DNA of 64,000 nucleotides, taken from positions 2,560,001 through 2,624,000 of the forward strand of contig OZ251459.1 of NCBI GenBank assembly GCA_965242525.1, read 5' to 3'. Positions 51,357-64,000 of this stretch are shown one piece after another (the stretch's first letter is position 1; each line of letters begins with the position of its first letter). This DNA is from an uncultured Candidatus Binatia bacterium (lineage in GTDB: Bacteria > Desulfobacterota > Binatia > UBA9968 > JAJDTQ01). The notes beneath the pieces were generated by a model that saw only the letters and a list, made by a program, of their open reading frames with translations, did no database searches and was not told where the DNA came from. The position numbers and the translations under genes are program-made.

Positions 51357-51530
51357 GGGACATCTGGACAATCGGGCAGAGGGCATGAGAGCGTCCTTCG
51401 ACTTCGCTTCGCTACGCTCAGGACGAACGGGAGGACTTCGCTTCGCTACGCTCAGGACGAACGGGGATAGGGGCGTCAGGGTGAGGGAATCGGGAATCCA
51501 TCCCGGATGTCCCGATTGTTCAGATGTTCC
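51357..51530. mobile_element. MITE copy, 174 bp, reverse orientation, degenerate TIRs
   Basis: GGGACATCTGGACAATCGGG ... CCCGATTGTTCAGATGTTCC; interior is the reverse complement of the 33854 copy. Confidence 0.8.
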
Positions 51531-51612
51531 TCGACGATCTTCGAGGAATCCGGGATGTATCGTAGAGTCGTGCAACTCGGACGTACCGTGACACCGTTCG
51601 GCGAACCGTTCT

Positions 51613-52473
51613 GTGGCTCCTGAGCTCACCGCCGTCCTGTCCGCGGTCCTCTACTCCCTCAGCTTCGTGGTGGCGCGCCGGGGACTGCGGTACTCCAACT
51701 CGGCCACCGTGACGGTGGTCTCCCTGGTGGTCCAGAGCGTGGCGTTCTGCGCGGTGGTCGGGGTCACCGGGGCGCCCGCACTGGACGGGGCGGCCCTGGG
51801 GTTGATCGTCGTGGCCGGCAGCTTCCAGCCCTTCGTGAGGCAGATGACCTACCTGGGCATGCAGAAGATCGGCGCCGCGCGCAGCGGCTCGCTGCGCGCC
51901 ACCCATCCCTTCTGGGCGGGCCTCATCGCGGTGGCGCTGCTGGGGGAGACCCTGACGCTGCGCCTGTTCCTGGGCAACGTCACGGTCATCGCGGGCATCG
52001 CGGCCATCTCCTGGCAGGGGTCCCGGGTCCGGCTCGAAGTCCCCGGTTGGTACGCGCTCTTTCCCATGGCCGCGGCGTTCCTGGCCGGCGTCGCCTTCCC
52101 CCTTCGGCGGGCGGCCCTGACCCTTTCGCCGGAGCCGCTGTTCTTCGCCGCGGTCATCGGCGTGGTGGGGCTGTCGCTGGTGGGGGTCGCCCAGGCGGTC
52201 CCGGGGCTGGCCCAACGGTACGTCTGGGACCGGCGGGCGCTTTGGGCCTTCCTCGCCGCGGGCGTGTTCGAGGCGGTGGCCAACGCGGGCATCCTCTACG
52301 CCCTCCGGGGCGGCGACGTGGTGGTCATTGCGCCCATCACCGCCACCCTGCCCATGTGGACCCTCCTGGGCACGGTGGTCTTCCTCCGCGACATGGAGCG
52401 GGTCACCCGCTCCACCGTCCTCGGGACGGCGCTGGTGGTGGTGGGCATCGTGCTGGTGACCACGGGGGGTTGA
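51613..52473 (+). CDS. DMT/EamA family transporter
   Basis: About ten hydrophobic helices; LLGETLT and FLRDMERVT repeat-end motifs. Confidence 0.88.
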   Translation: MAPELTAVLSAVLYSLSFVVARRGLRYSNSATVTVVSLVVQSVAFCAVVGVTGAPALDGAALGLIVVAGSFQPFVRQMTYLGMQKIGAARSGSLRATHPFWAGLIAVALLGETLTLRLFLGNVTVIAGIAAISWQGSRVRLEVPGWYALFPMAAAFLAGVAFPLRRAALTLSPEPLFFAAVIGVVGLSLVGVAQAVPGLAQRYVWDRRALWAFLAAGVFEAVANAGILYALRGGDVVVIAPITATLPMWTLLGTVVFLRDMERVTRSTVLGTALVVVGIVLVTTGG

Positions 52474-52488
52474 CCCCGGCCGCGGCGC

Positions 52489-54609
<2,121 letters not shown>

Positions 54610-54625
54610 GGGAAGGAGGCCGCGG

Positions 54626-54928
54626 TCACCGGGGCTCGCGCTCCTCGCCGGCGCCGGGTCCGGCGTGGGCGAGCTCGCCCAGGAGCCAGTCCCCGCCCAG
54701 ACCGTCGGGCCGGGGGACCTCCTCCACCGCCACTTCGCCGGCCAGGGCGGCCAGCACCTCGCGGGCGAGTTCGAGGGAGTCTTCCAGCACCAGCAGGACG
54801 ATGACCGCCTCCCGGGGGTCCACGGTCCGGACGATGCCGAGGACCTCGTAGGACTCGACGATGAACTTGAGGTAGGCGATGTCCTGCCGGCGCACGCGCA
54901 GGTAGATCTCGTGCAGGTCCATGCGCAT
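54626..54928 (-). CDS. DUF4911-like small protein
   Basis: DIAYLKFIVESYE..GIVRTVD motif. Confidence 0.75.
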   Translation of the reverse strand: MRMDLHEIYLRVRRQDIAYLKFIVESYEVLGIVRTVDPREAVIVLLVLEDSLELAREVLAALAGEVAVEEVPRPDGLGGDWLLGELAHAGPGAGEEREPR

Positions 54929-54986
54929 GGAGGAAAGCGGGCGGGGATGTGGGCGTCGGCGATGCGGGTCGGGAAGCGGACGGCGC

Positions 54987-57605
54987 TCAGCGCAGCAACT
55001 CGCGGAAGCCTTTCCTCACCTTCTCCCACCAGTCCATGAACCCGTCGTCGCGCTCGTCCCTCGGTCCCCTCTGTTCGGCGAGCTTGTCGTACATGTAGCG
55101 CGTGATCTGCCGCACGTCGGGGCGGACGGCCACGTCGGGGAAGTTTCCGGCGAGCCGGAACGGCACGCTGATGCCGTCCGCGTCGAAGAGGTAGCGGACG
55201 TTGCGGTAGCGCCCGCTCAGGTCCCGCGAGAATTCGGGGGAGAGGACGAGCGTGGCTTGCAGGTCCACGCCCCCGTCGTGGCCTGCCCAGCCCTTGCCGA
55301 CGATGCTGAACTCGTCCGCGGCCAGCAGCAGGTCGTCGCTCCGAAGGCGGCCCTTGCGGACGGTGAACGTCCCCTCCAGGCGGTCGAACGACGTCCGCTC
55401 GCCGCGCACCAGCGAACTGTACGCAGGCCCCGCGGAGTCGATGCGGTCGATGCCTTCCACCGCGCCCATGGCGGCGAGCACTCCGCGCACGGGGTTGAAG
55501 CGGCCGAGGACCCCCTTGGACAGTGTAGCGCGGCCGTGCCCCTCCAGGGTCTGGGCGATGGACGGCCAGTCCTTGCCGGAGCCCGTGAACCGGCCCGCGA
55601 GGTCCAGGCGCCCCTGGACGGGCTCGGTGGGACCGGTGCGGACCAGGGCCAGGATGCTCCGCACGTCCAGGTTCTCCAGCACGGGGGCCAGCTCGAAGTC
55701 GAAGCGCTGGCCGTTGCGGTTCGTGACCGCGCCGCGGCCCCGTATCCTGCCTCCGAGGGTCTCCACCGAGAGGTCCTCGACCTCCAGCGCGCCGCGGGTC
55801 CAGCGCATGCGTCCCTCGAGGTTGCGGTAGGCGGCGCCCCTGAACCGGCCGCTGCCGGAGGCGAGCCGCCCCTCGACCGACAACGCTTCCTCGTGGAGCT
55901 CGGCCGTCCCTGTGCCCACCACGTCGCTGAAGGAATCCGCCCGGTGCGCGGCGTCGCCGGTCACGTCGGCCAGGTTCAGCAGGTTGGACTGGACGCGGTA
56001 GTGGAGGATGGGCCGGGCCAGGTCCGTCACCAGTCCCTGGAGCCGGAGGTCCGACACCCCCGAGCGCAACCGGAGGTCGGGGATCTCGACGTCGTTGCCG
56101 AGGAACTCCAACCGGCCCCGGAGTCCCTGGACGGCCCCGCGGGTCCACGGGGCGCCGGCGATGCTGACGTTGGCCAACCGGAGGCTGCCCGTGACCGTGG
56201 GAGGCTCGTTCCGGGGCGTCAGCTTCCGCACGAGGGAGACGCTGGCGTTGACCGTGCCGTCGAGCTCGTAGCCGGCCGCCGCGGGCGCCAGTTTCGCCCA
56301 TTCCTTCAGCGACGCGTCGCCGGTCTCCACTTGCAGCCGGAGCACGCGGTCCCGGTCAACCTCCCCCGAGAACGCCGCCTCCACGTCTCGGAGCCGCACC
56401 TTGGACTCGTGGATGACCAGTCGGTCGCCGCGCAACCGCACGGCTACGGTCAACGCGGCCGGCGCCCCCGGAGGCTTGTGGAGCCACTGGCCGTACCGGA
56501 CGGCGTTGGCGTCGGCCGTCACCGAGACCCGGACCTTCAGGTCGTCCGGGCTCCCTTCGACCACGCCCGACAGGTGCAGCGGCTCTTGCACCGCCAACCC
56601 CGCGGGCGTCACCCGGTCCACCCAGGGGATCCGTCTGAGCCGGTCCAGGTCCACCGGCCCCAGTTGCAGCTTCGCCTCGACGCGGCCCCGGCGCCAGGAC
56701 GCGGCCTCCGAAAAGTCCACTTCTCCGGTGACCCGGGCGTTTCCGGCCGCGCCGCCGAGCAGGGCGCCGGTCACGTTCATTTGCCATATGCGCGGTCGGC
56801 GGAGGCTGCCCGACACCCGCGCGCTGACGGCCAAAGGGCCGGAGGGGCGGAGGTAAGGCGGCAGGTGCGCTTCCAGCAGCTTCCAGGCCCGCGCCGCCAG
56901 GGCCTCGGGCAGGGACGCGGCGTGCAACTCCAGGTCCACGGCGTTGCCGGTCCAGTCCGCCAGGGGCCGTGCGGCGCCCACCGTCCCGGTCACCGAGAAC
57001 GGAAGTCCTTCGTCCGGCTCCAGCGTTCCGCGGACGTCCACGTACAGGCTCTGCTCCCCCGACCATCGAAGCGTTGCGTCGAGGCGGTGCAGGCGCAGCT
57101 CTTCGGGCTCGTCCGACGACCGATCCACGAAATGGAGCTTCCCTCGGTCCACCCGCACCGCGGTGGCGGCTCGCCGGGCCAACCGGAAGCCCGCCAGCAA
57201 CGGCTGCGCCGGCGTGAGGACGTTGAGGTCGCCGTACTCGTTGCGGATGACCTGGATCTCCGGCTGGTGGAGCACCAATTCGGAGACCGTGGAGCCGCCC
57301 GTGAGGAGCGACAGCCAGCCCACGGAGATGGTGAGTTCGTTGGCATGGACCAGCGGGGTGGCCGCAAACCGGGGGTCGTCGGCCACCCGCAGGTCGGTGA
57401 CCGTGACGCTCAGGGTCCCCGGCCGTCTGGGGAAGTTCAGGCGGATGGACTCGAACGCCACCGGGTGGCCGAGGGCGCTCTCGATCTGCTGGCGTATGGA
57501 CTCCTTGCGGTTGTCCAGCAGCGCTTGCAGTCCCACCACCGCGGCCACGCCCAGGACCGCGGCCAGGGACAGGAATGCCAGGAGGATGGAAGCCGTCTTT
57601 CTCAT
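54987..57605 (-). CDS. AsmA family protein
   Basis: N-terminal TM anchor, ESALGHPV, beta-rich body, C-terminal TSFDRLEGTF...VPFRLAGNFPD..VRPD. Confidence 0.85.
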   Translation of the reverse strand: MRKTASILLAFLSLAAVLGVAAVVGLQALLDNRKESIRQQIESALGHPVAFESIRLNFPRRPGTLSVTVTDLRVADDPRFAATPLVHANELTISVGWLSLLTGGSTVSELVLHQPEIQVIRNEYGDLNVLTPAQPLLAGFRLARRAATAVRVDRGKLHFVDRSSDEPEELRLHRLDATLRWSGEQSLYVDVRGTLEPDEGLPFSVTGTVGAARPLADWTGNAVDLELHAASLPEALAARAWKLLEAHLPPYLRPSGPLAVSARVSGSLRRPRIWQMNVTGALLGGAAGNARVTGEVDFSEAASWRRGRVEAKLQLGPVDLDRLRRIPWVDRVTPAGLAVQEPLHLSGVVEGSPDDLKVRVSVTADANAVRYGQWLHKPPGAPAALTVAVRLRGDRLVIHESKVRLRDVEAAFSGEVDRDRVLRLQVETGDASLKEWAKLAPAAAGYELDGTVNASVSLVRKLTPRNEPPTVTGSLRLANVSIAGAPWTRGAVQGLRGRLEFLGNDVEIPDLRLRSGVSDLRLQGLVTDLARPILHYRVQSNLLNLADVTGDAAHRADSFSDVVGTGTAELHEEALSVEGRLASGSGRFRGAAYRNLEGRMRWTRGALEVEDLSVETLGGRIRGRGAVTNRNGQRFDFELAPVLENLDVRSILALVRTGPTEPVQGRLDLAGRFTGSGKDWPSIAQTLEGHGRATLSKGVLGRFNPVRGVLAAMGAVEGIDRIDSAGPAYSSLVRGERTSFDRLEGTFTVRKGRLRSDDLLLAADEFSIVGKGWAGHDGGVDLQATLVLSPEFSRDLSGRYRNVRYLFDADGISVPFRLAGNFPDVAVRPDVRQITRYMYDKLAEQRGPRDERDDGFMDWWEKVRKGFRELLR

Positions 57606-57634
57606 GGGAGGGCGTCTGTGGTCATGTGCGCCAG

Positions 57635-57836
57635 GGAAACTCCGAACGATTGCCCCCGTTCATACCGAGCATAGCGAAGCGAAGTCCCTCGTTCATCCTG
57701 AGCGAAGCGAAATCTTCCGTTCGTCCTGACCGTAGCGGCCAACTCCCCCGTTCGTCCTGAGCGTAGCGAAGCGAAGTCGAAGGACGCGCTTTCCCACTGG
57801 GAGAGCGGGTTCGAGCCGGAATCGACCGGCCATTCC
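57635..57836. mobile_element. MITE family copy with four internal units, degenerate
   Basis: GGAAACTCCGAACGAT left end, four CGTTC(G/A)T.C.GA.C units, ends ...ATTCC before CTAA (thiolase stop). Confidence 0.65.
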
Positions 57837-59039
57837 CTAATCCGCCCGTTCCACGATGGTGGCGATCCCCTGTCCCACGCCGATGCACATGGCGGCCATG
57901 CCGTAGCGGCTGCCGCGCCGCTTCATCTCGTGGACCAAGGTGGTCAGGATCCTCGCGCCGCTGCAACCCAGGGGGTGTCCCAGGGCGATGGCGCCGCCGT
58001 TCACGTTCACCTTGTCCGGGTCCAGGTCGAGCTCCCTGACGCAGGCCAGGGACTGGGACGCGAACGCCTCGTTGAGCTCCACCAAGTCCAGTTGGTCCGC
58101 GGTGAGTCCGGCCCGCTGGAGCGCCTTGCGGCTGGCCGGGATGGGTCCGATGCCCATGAAGGCCGGATCTACCCCGGCCACCGCGGAGGCGACGATCCGC
58201 GCCAGGGGCTTCAGCTTCAGGGCCGCGGCCTTCTCCCGGGACGCCACCACCAGGGCCGCGGCGCCGTCGGACAGCGGCGACGAGTTGCCTGCGGTCACGG
58301 TGCCGTCCTCGACGAACGCGGGCCTCAGGGCCGCGAGCTGCTCCAGGGTGGTGTCGGGCCGCGGGCCTTCGTCGCGGCTGTGGACCACCGGGTCGCCGCG
58401 CCGTTGGGGCGTCGCCACCGGGATCATCTCGTGGTCCAGCCGGCCCGCTTCCGCGGCCGCCACCGCGTTGCGGTGGCTCCTGAGTCCGAACGCGTCCTGT
58501 TGCTCCCGGGTGACCGAGTACTTCTCGGCCACGTTCTCCGCGGTCTCGCCGAGGCTGACGAGCGGGTAGAGCTCGCCCAGTCGGGGGTTCGGAAAGCGCC
58601 AGCCGAGCACGCTGTCATAGACGGTGACGTTGCCGCGGGCGAACGGGGCGTTGCCCTTGGGGATCACCAGCGGGGCCCGGGTCATCACCTCGACGCCGCC
58701 GGCCACGAACAGGTCTCCCTCCTCGGCGCCCACCGCGCGGCCGGCCTGGTTGACGGCCTCCAGCCCGGAGCCGCAAAGTCGGTTCACGGTGGCCCCGGGA
58801 ACCGAGTCCGGCACGCCCGCGAGAAGGGATGCGTTGCGGGCCACGTTGCGGCAATCCTCCCCGGCCTGGTTGGTGCAGCCCAGGATGACGTCCTCGACGG
58901 CCCCCCCGTCGATGCCGTTCCGGGCCATGAGCCGGGCGATGACGTGGGCCGCCAGGTCGTCCGGCCGGATGTCCTTGAGGATGCCCCCGTAGCGGCCCAT
59001 GGGGGTGCGGGCGGCGTCCAGGATCACGGCTTCGGGCAT
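57837..59039 (-). CDS. Thiolase, 3-oxoadipyl-CoA thiolase (PaaJ/PcaF)-like
   Basis: [44 protein letters not shown]. Confidence 0.9.
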   Translation of the reverse strand: MPEAVILDAARTPMGRYGGILKDIRPDDLAAHVIARLMARNGIDGGAVEDVILGCTNQAGEDCRNVARNASLLAGVPDSVPGATVNRLCGSGLEAVNQAGRAVGAEEGDLFVAGGVEVMTRAPLVIPKGNAPFARGNVTVYDSVLGWRFPNPRLGELYPLVSLGETAENVAEKYSVTREQQDAFGLRSHRNAVAAAEAGRLDHEMIPVATPQRRGDPVVHSRDEGPRPDTTLEQLAALRPAFVEDGTVTAGNSSPLSDGAAALVVASREKAAALKLKPLARIVASAVAGVDPAFMGIGPIPASRKALQRAGLTADQLDLVELNEAFASQSLACVRELDLDPDKVNVNGGAIALGHPLGCSGARILTTLVHEMKRRGSRYGMAAMCIGVGQGIATIVERAD

Positions 59040-59108
59040 GGCCTGCCTTCCTTCGGCGCGGGGCGCCGCAGTCGGAATACTTTATTTTTCAGCATCTTGT
59101 CCGGTTCG

Positions 59109-59858
59109 TCAAGGCTTGGCGCCGTCCCCGTCGGGATATTCGTGGAAACCCCGGCCCGCGGTCTCCCCGAGGCGTCCGGCCTGCACCATCTTCCGCAGCA
59201 GCGGCGCAGGTCGATAGCGGTCGTCCCCGGTCTCCTCCTGGAGCCCTTCGAGGACCGCGAGGACCTCGTCCAGCCCGATCTCGTCGGCCCAGCGGAGCGG
59301 CCCCTGTGGGTAGTTGGTCCCCAGCCTGAGGGCGATGTCGATCTCTTCCGCGGTGGCGACCCCCTCGTCCAGGCTTCGCGCGGCCTCGTTGACGATGAGG
59401 CTCAGGATCCGGGGGAACACGAGCCCGGGCGCGTCCTTGACCTCCGCGCTCTCCTTGCCCAGGCGCTCGACCAGGGACTCCGCGCACGCGAAGGCCTCCC
59501 CGCCGGTGTCGAGTCCCCGGGCCAGCTCGATGACCTTGCGCCGGGCCAGGGGATGGAACGTGGCGAAGCCCACGATCCGTTCCGGCCGGCGGCTCCAGGA
59601 CGCGACGGCGGCCGCGGACCAGCGGAGGCACGAGCTCATCACCAGCGCCGCCCCCGGGACCGCGGCGTCGAGCTCCTCCAGGAGCTGTCGCTTGCCTTCC
59701 TCCCCGTGGGCCAGGGTCTCCACCACCGCCTCGGTGGCCGGGTCCACCTGGTCCGCCCGGGCGCACCGGGCCGCGGCCAAGCCCCGGTCGAGCGCGAGCC
59801 GATGCCAGTCCTCGGCCAGACGGTTGTCGCCCAGGATCGCCAGGCTACCCGGTTCCAT
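59109..59858 (-). CDS. 3-hydroxyacyl-CoA dehydrogenase family protein (PaaH C-terminal-half-like)
   Basis: IVNEA...[32 protein letters not shown]; no GxGxxG. Confidence 0.85.
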   Translation of the reverse strand: MEPGSLAILGDNRLAEDWHRLALDRGLAAARCARADQVDPATEAVVETLAHGEEGKRQLLEELDAAVPGAALVMSSCLRWSAAAVASWSRRPERIVGFATFHPLARRKVIELARGLDTGGEAFACAESLVERLGKESAEVKDAPGLVFPRILSLIVNEAARSLDEGVATAEEIDIALRLGTNYPQGPLRWADEIGLDEVLAVLEGLQEETGDDRYRPAPLLRKMVQAGRLGETAGRGFHEYPDGDGAKP

Positions 59859-60708
59859 AGTCGTAGAAACCCTTTCCGGTCTTTCGTCCCAGGTGGCCGG
59901 CCAGGTAGAGCTTCTGCTGGAGCGGACTCGGCCGGAAGCGCGGGTCTTCGAAGAAGGCCCGGTAGAGGGTCTCGGTGGCTGTGAAGTTGACGTCGATGCC
60001 GATGAGGTCCTGGAGCTCGAACGGACCCATGCGAAAGCCGCCGGACTCTCGCATGACCCGGTCCACGGTCTCCACGTCCACGCCGCCCTCGGTGAGGATG
60101 CGCAGGGCCTCGTTGTAGAACGGCCGGGCGATGCGGTTGACGATGAACCCCGGGGTGTCCTTGGCGCGGACCGGGGTCTTGCCGAGTTTCTTCGTCAAGT
60201 CCACGGCCTTGTCCACCGCCGCGGCGCCGGTCAGTTCCCCCTGCACCACCTCCACCAACGCCATGAGCGGGGCGGGGTTGAAGAAGTGCATGCCCAGGAC
60301 CCGGGATGCGTCCTCCACCGCGCCGCCGATGGCGGTCACCGACAGGGACGAAGTGTTGGTGGCCAGCAGCGTTTCCGGGGCGCAGGCCGCGTCCAGCTTC
60401 CGGAACAACTCCTGCTTGACCCCCAGGTCCTCGGTGGCGGCTTCGACCACGAGCGCGGCCTCCGCAAGGTCCTCCAGGGCCAGGGAGCCGGTGAGTCGCG
60501 CCAGTATGCGCCCTTCCTGTTCCCGGTCGATGCGGCCCTTCTCCCGGCTGCGTCCGACGAAGCCCCGTATCCTCTCCAGCCCCCGATCGAGGAATTCCCG
60601 GGAGACGTCGTACACCACCGCGTCGAACCCCGCCTGGACCGCCACCTGCGCGATCCCGGCGCCCATGGCGCCCGCGCCGATGACGCCGATCCTGTTGTCG
60701 TGGACCAT
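59845..60708 (-). CDS. 3-hydroxyacyl-CoA dehydrogenase (PaaH N-terminal-half-like)
   Basis: [51 protein letters not shown]; ATG 60708. Confidence 0.9.
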   Translation of the reverse strand: MVHDNRIGVIGAGAMGAGIAQVAVQAGFDAVVYDVSREFLDRGLERIRGFVGRSREKGRIDREQEGRILARLTGSLALEDLAEAALVVEAATEDLGVKQELFRKLDAACAPETLLATNTSSLSVTAIGGAVEDASRVLGMHFFNPAPLMALVEVVQGELTGAAAVDKAVDLTKKLGKTPVRAKDTPGFIVNRIARPFYNEALRILTEGGVDVETVDRVMRESGGFRMGPFELQDLIGIDVNFTATETLYRAFFEDPRFRPSPLQQKLYLAGHLGRKTGKGFYDYGTG

Positions 60709-60758
60709 GGTTGGTTCCCCTGGAGAGGGCGCGGGAGGCCGGCCGCGGGTCCCGGGGC

Positions 60759-61541
60759 CTACTCCCCCGTGAACACGGGCGCCCGCTTCTCGGTGAAGGC
60801 CCGGACCCCCTCGTCGTAGTCGGAGGTGCGGCCCGCGATCTCCTGGATGCAGGCTTCGTATTCGAGCTGCGCCTCCAGCTCGCCGTACATGGAGCGGTTC
60901 AACGCCCTCTTGATGAGGCCGGTGCTGCGGGGGCCCCGGGCGATCCTTTCGGCCATGGCCCGGGCCTCCGCGGCCAACTCTTGCGCCGGCGCCACCTTGG
61001 CCACCAGTCCGCAGCGGAGCGCGTCCTCCGCCTCCAGGGGCTCGCCCAGGAGGAACATCTCGGTGGCCTTGCCCAGCCCGATGAGGCGGGGCAGGAAGTA
61101 GCTGCCGCCGCAGTCCGGGCCCAGTCCCACGCGCACGAACGCTTCGATGAAGCGCGCGTTCTCCGAGGCGATGCGCAGGTCGCAGGCCAGCGTCAGGTTG
61201 CACCCCGCGCCCGCGGCCACCCCGTTGACCGCGCAGATGACGATCTTCTCGGTGCGCCGGATGGCCAGGATGATGGGGTTGTAACGGGACCGGAGGGACT
61301 CGCCCAGGGAGCCTTTCCGTTCCGGCGCCCGGTCCTTTAGGTCCTGGCCCGCGCAGAAGGCCCGGTCGCCGGCCCCGGTCAGCACGAAGCAGCGCACCGC
61401 CTTGTCCCGATCCCCGTCCCGGAGGGCGTCCAGCAGCTCCCGGTTCATCTCCCGGTTGAAGGCGTTGAGCGCCCGCGGCCGGTTCAGCGTGACGGTGGCG
61501 ACGCCGTCCCGTTTCTCGTAGAGCAGGGTCTCGTAGCTCAT
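60759..61541 (-). CDS. Enoyl-CoA hydratase/isomerase, PaaG-like
   Basis: [27 protein letters not shown] with the PaaG-type catalytic Asp; ATGA overlap with the upstream gene. Confidence 0.85.
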   Translation of the reverse strand: MSYETLLYEKRDGVATVTLNRPRALNAFNREMNRELLDALRDGDRDKAVRCFVLTGAGDRAFCAGQDLKDRAPERKGSLGESLRSRYNPIILAIRRTEKIVICAVNGVAAGAGCNLTLACDLRIASENARFIEAFVRVGLGPDCGGSYFLPRLIGLGKATEMFLLGEPLEAEDALRCGLVAKVAPAQELAAEARAMAERIARGPRSTGLIKRALNRSMYGELEAQLEYEACIQEIAGRTSDYDEGVRAFTEKRAPVFTGE

Positions 61542-62311
61542 CTTCCCTCGAACTCGGGCTTGCGCTTGTCGAGGAAAGCCTGCATGCCCTCCCTCCGGTC
61601 CTCGGAAGCGAACAGCGCGTAGAAGGACTTGCGCTCGAAGGCCAGGCCCTCGTCCAAGGGCGCGTTGGCGGCCTTGAGGATGGCTTCCTTGGCGAACCGC
61701 ACGGCGATGGGGGGCTTGCGGGCGATGGTCTGCGCCATGGCCCTGGCCTCGTCCAGCAGCACTTCCACCGGCACCACCTTGTTCACCAATCCGCACCGCT
61801 CGGCTTCCGCGGCGTCCATGAACCGGCCCGTGAGCACCAGCTCCATGGCCTTGTGCTTGCCCACGATGCGCGTGAGCCGCTGGGTCCCCCCCGAGCCCGG
61901 TATGGTGCCCAGGTTGACTTCGGGTTGGCCGAAGCGGGCCGACTCGGAGGCGATGACGATGTCGCAGCTCATGGCCAGCTCGCATCCGCCTCCCAGGGCG
62001 AAGCCGCTCACCGCGGCCACCACGGGTTTCGACAGGTGGTTGATGCGGTCCCTGAGCGCCAACCGCTCGTGCGCCCGGCCGGCGAACGGGGTGGCCTCCA
62101 CCATCTCGTTGATGTCCGCGCCCGCGGCGAACACCCGGTCGCCGCCGGTCAGTACGAACACCCGGACGGAGTCGTCCCGGTCGAGCCCTTCCAGCGCCTC
62201 GCACAGGTCCTTGCACAGCCCGTAGGAAAGCGCGTTGAGCTGTTTCGGCCGGTTCAGCGTGGCGACGGCCACGGCCCCGTCCCTCTCGATGACGATGTTT
62301 TCGAAGTCCAT
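61538..62311 (-). CDS. Enoyl-CoA hydratase, PaaF-like
   Basis: [30 protein letters not shown]. Confidence 0.9.
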   Translation of the reverse strand: MDFENIVIERDGAVAVATLNRPKQLNALSYGLCKDLCEALEGLDRDDSVRVFVLTGGDRVFAAGADINEMVEATPFAGRAHERLALRDRINHLSKPVVAAVSGFALGGGCELAMSCDIVIASESARFGQPEVNLGTIPGSGGTQRLTRIVGKHKAMELVLTGRFMDAAEAERCGLVNKVVPVEVLLDEARAMAQTIARKPPIAVRFAKEAILKAANAPLDEGLAFERKSFYALFASEDRREGMQAFLDKRKPEFEGR

Positions 62312-62365
62312 GTGACCGGGGAGTTATACTTAACCATGAATACATACAACATGAGGCATGGCGAT

Positions 62366-62414
62366 TCAACGTCGCCGGCGTTTCGTTGACTTCGGACGGG
62401 CGGTCTGACAATAT
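62366..62414. promoter_or_regulatory. Divergent promoter region with candidate TetR operator(s)
   Basis: TCAACG-N12-CGTTGA (62366-62389) overlaps a TTGACT -35-like box; an imperfect TCGGAC-N5-GTCTGA palindrome fills the following 17 bp. Confidence 0.4.
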
Positions 62415-62422
62415 CCGCCCCG

Positions 62423-63124
62423 ATGCCGCGCGATTCGGGGTCCTCCACCACCCACCACGACGAGAGGCTGCGGGAGATCCTCGGGCATTCCGCCCGGATA
62501 TTCGCCGAGAAGGGGTTCGACGGCGCCTCCATCCGGGAGATCAGCCGCGCCACGGGCATGAGCTTGGCCGGTCTCTACTACTATTTCCGCACCAAGGAAG
62601 AGCTGCTCTGCCTGATCCAGGAACGGTGCCTGGCGACCCTGCTGGAAAGCGGGCGGAAGATCGCGGCGTCCGGAAAGACCCCGCGGGAGAAGGTCGCGCT
62701 GTTCGTCCGCAACCATCTCGGTTTCTTCCTGCACAACATGAACGAGATGAAGGTCATGTCCCGGGAGGACACCGCGCTGACGGCCGACTACGAGAAGAGG
62801 GTGCTCGACCTGAAGCGCCTCTACCTGAAGGTGCTGGTGGACTTGGTGGAGGATCTCCGGCAACACGAACGGGCGGGGAAGCTGAACGCGCGCGTGGCCG
62901 CCCTGTCCCTGTTCGGAATGATGAACTGGATCTACGCCTGGTACCGTCCCGACCGGGACCCGTCCCTGGGAGACCTCATCGAGCAGATGTTGCGCATATT
63001 CTTCTTCGGCGTGCTGAACCGCGGCGCGGAAGACCGGGAGGCGGACGACTGCCTGTTCGAGCGCTTTCCGGCCGACCGCGAGGGCTTCGCGCTGTGGCCG
63101 GGCTCGGGAGGCCCGGTCCGGTGA
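62423..63124 (+). CDS. TetR/AcrR family regulator (PaaR/KstR2-like)
   Basis: FAEKGFDGASIREIS...GLYYYFRTKEELL; GMMNWIYAWY. Confidence 0.92.
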   Translation: MPRDSGSSTTHHDERLREILGHSARIFAEKGFDGASIREISRATGMSLAGLYYYFRTKEELLCLIQERCLATLLESGRKIAASGKTPREKVALFVRNHLGFFLHNMNEMKVMSREDTALTADYEKRVLDLKRLYLKVLVDLVEDLRQHERAGKLNARVAALSLFGMMNWIYAWYRPDRDPSLGDLIEQMLRIFFFGVLNRGAEDREADDCLFERFPADREGFALWPGSGGPVR

Positions 63125-63199
63125 GTCCGGCGCGCCCGGGTCCGGCGCGCGGCCCGCACGCGTGCGGACGGTCCTGACAGGGTTTCCCTATACGCCTAA

Positions 63200-63340
63200 G
63201 GAACCTCTGAACAATCGGGACAGAGGGCATGAGCGCGTCCTTCGACTCCGCTTCGCTACGCTCAGGACGAACGGGAATAGGGGCGTCAGGGTGAGGGAAT
63301 CGGGAATCCATCCCGGATGTCTCGATTGTTCAGAGGTTCC
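63200..63340. mobile_element. Complete MITE, 141 bp, 4-bp TSD CTAA
   Basis: GGAACCTCTGAACAATCGGGACA ... TGTCTCGATTGTTCAGAGGTTCC; CTAA at 63196-63199 and 63341-63344; one internal unit. Confidence 0.88.
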
Positions 63341-63398
63341 CTAAATCACCCACGCCAGCCAGCCCGTGTGCGGACGGTCCGGTGAGTCCGGCGCGCCT

Positions 63399-64000
63399 TC
63401 AGGCGGCCGCACTGGGCCGCTGGCCCACACGTTCGCGCCAGTCGGTGGCGTGGCGGAGCTCGGGCGGGAGGCTCATCTTGATCCACGCCGCGTAGTCCAC
63501 CGCCACCTGGGCGGTGATGTCGGCGATGGTGTAACGCTCGCCCGCCACGAAGGGGCAGCGGGCCAGTTGCTCGTCCAAGGCCTCGAAGAAACGCTCCACC
63601 CGCCGGCGCCCGCGCTGGACCAGTTCCGGGATCTGCTCCACGCGGTCCGGCCCGGTCAGGGCCCGCCCCGCGAGCCCTTTCGCGCCGTTGCGGAACGCTT
63701 CGGTGACGGCGAGGAAGCCGTCGATCTCGAACCGGTGGTTCCACATGGCCACCACCGCCCGGTCCCGGGCGTCGGTCCCCATGAGCGGCGGCTCGGGATA
63801 CGCGTCCTCCAGGTACTGGCACACCGCCATCGCCTCGCTCACCGCGGCGCCGTCGTCGAGTTCCAGCACCGGCACCGTGCACCAGGGGTTCAGCTTGCGG
63901 AACGCCTCGGTGAGGTGCTCGCCGTTGCGCAGGTCCACCTGGACCACCGGGACGTCGATGCCCTTCTCGGCCATGAAGATGCGCACCCGTCGCGGACTCG
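63399..64000 (-). CDS. Glutathione S-transferase family protein, 5' end outside the window
   Basis: SPRRVRIFMAEKGI, LNPWCTVPVL, SEAMAVCQYLE, FVAGERYTIADI. Confidence 0.9.
   Translation of the reverse strand, partial: SPRRVRIFMAEKGIDVPVVQVDLRNGEHLTEAFRKLNPWCTVPVLELDDGAAVSEAMAVCQYLEDAYPEPPLMGTDARDRAVVAMWNHRFEIDGFLAVTEAFRNGAKGLAGRALTGPDRVEQIPELVQRGRRRVERFFEALDEQLARCPFVAGERYTIADITAQVAVDYAAWIKMSLPPELRHATDWRERVGQRPSAAA

Noticed and set aside
54610-56301. 5' extension making RNase R 1270 aa
   Set aside because: It overlaps the asmA-like and DUF4911 genes in another frame; the RNase R sequence begins at ATG 54609.
57655-57790. Repeated CGTTCGTCCTGAGCGTAGCGAAG units as a mini-CRISPR
   Set aside because: Units are degenerate, gaps are only a few bp, and the same units are dispersed inside MITE copies.

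Overview
High-GC bacterial DNA. The asmA-like/DUF4911/rnr block, many orphan solute-binding proteins and amidohydrolases, and a secreted LRR protein suggest a deltaproteobacterial or Binatia-like, possibly host-associated organism; that placement is inference only. Catabolic genes (cupin, VOC, amidohydrolase, FAH, GMC, MmgE/PrpD, LLM, lower paa/beta-oxidation cluster) surround two accessory regions. Region 1 (5.8-13.6 kb) holds a tightly packed four-gene operon (unknown protein, degenerate BrxD/DUF2791-like ATPase, intact BrxD/DUF2791-like ATPase, SNF2 helicase) that I cannot match to a named system, next to a type II R-M pair. Region 2 (24-48 kb) holds three near-identical lipoprotein subtilase autotransporter-like genes separated by TA/YhcG cargo, then a complete Gao_RL-type restriction-like system (DUF499, DUF3780, DUF1156 methylase, PLD-SNF2). 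That system carries three nested insertions: an RHH/VapC-DUF3775 TA pair, an in-frame REP-repeat insert in the methylase, and a low-GC cassette (unknown protein, ParA-like ATPase, small alarmone synthetase). Also present are a G17 tract that frameshifts the LRR gene and seven copies of an IS5-like MITE family. I saw no rRNA, tRNA or CRISPR array. Family assignments come from recognised motifs, not from database searches.
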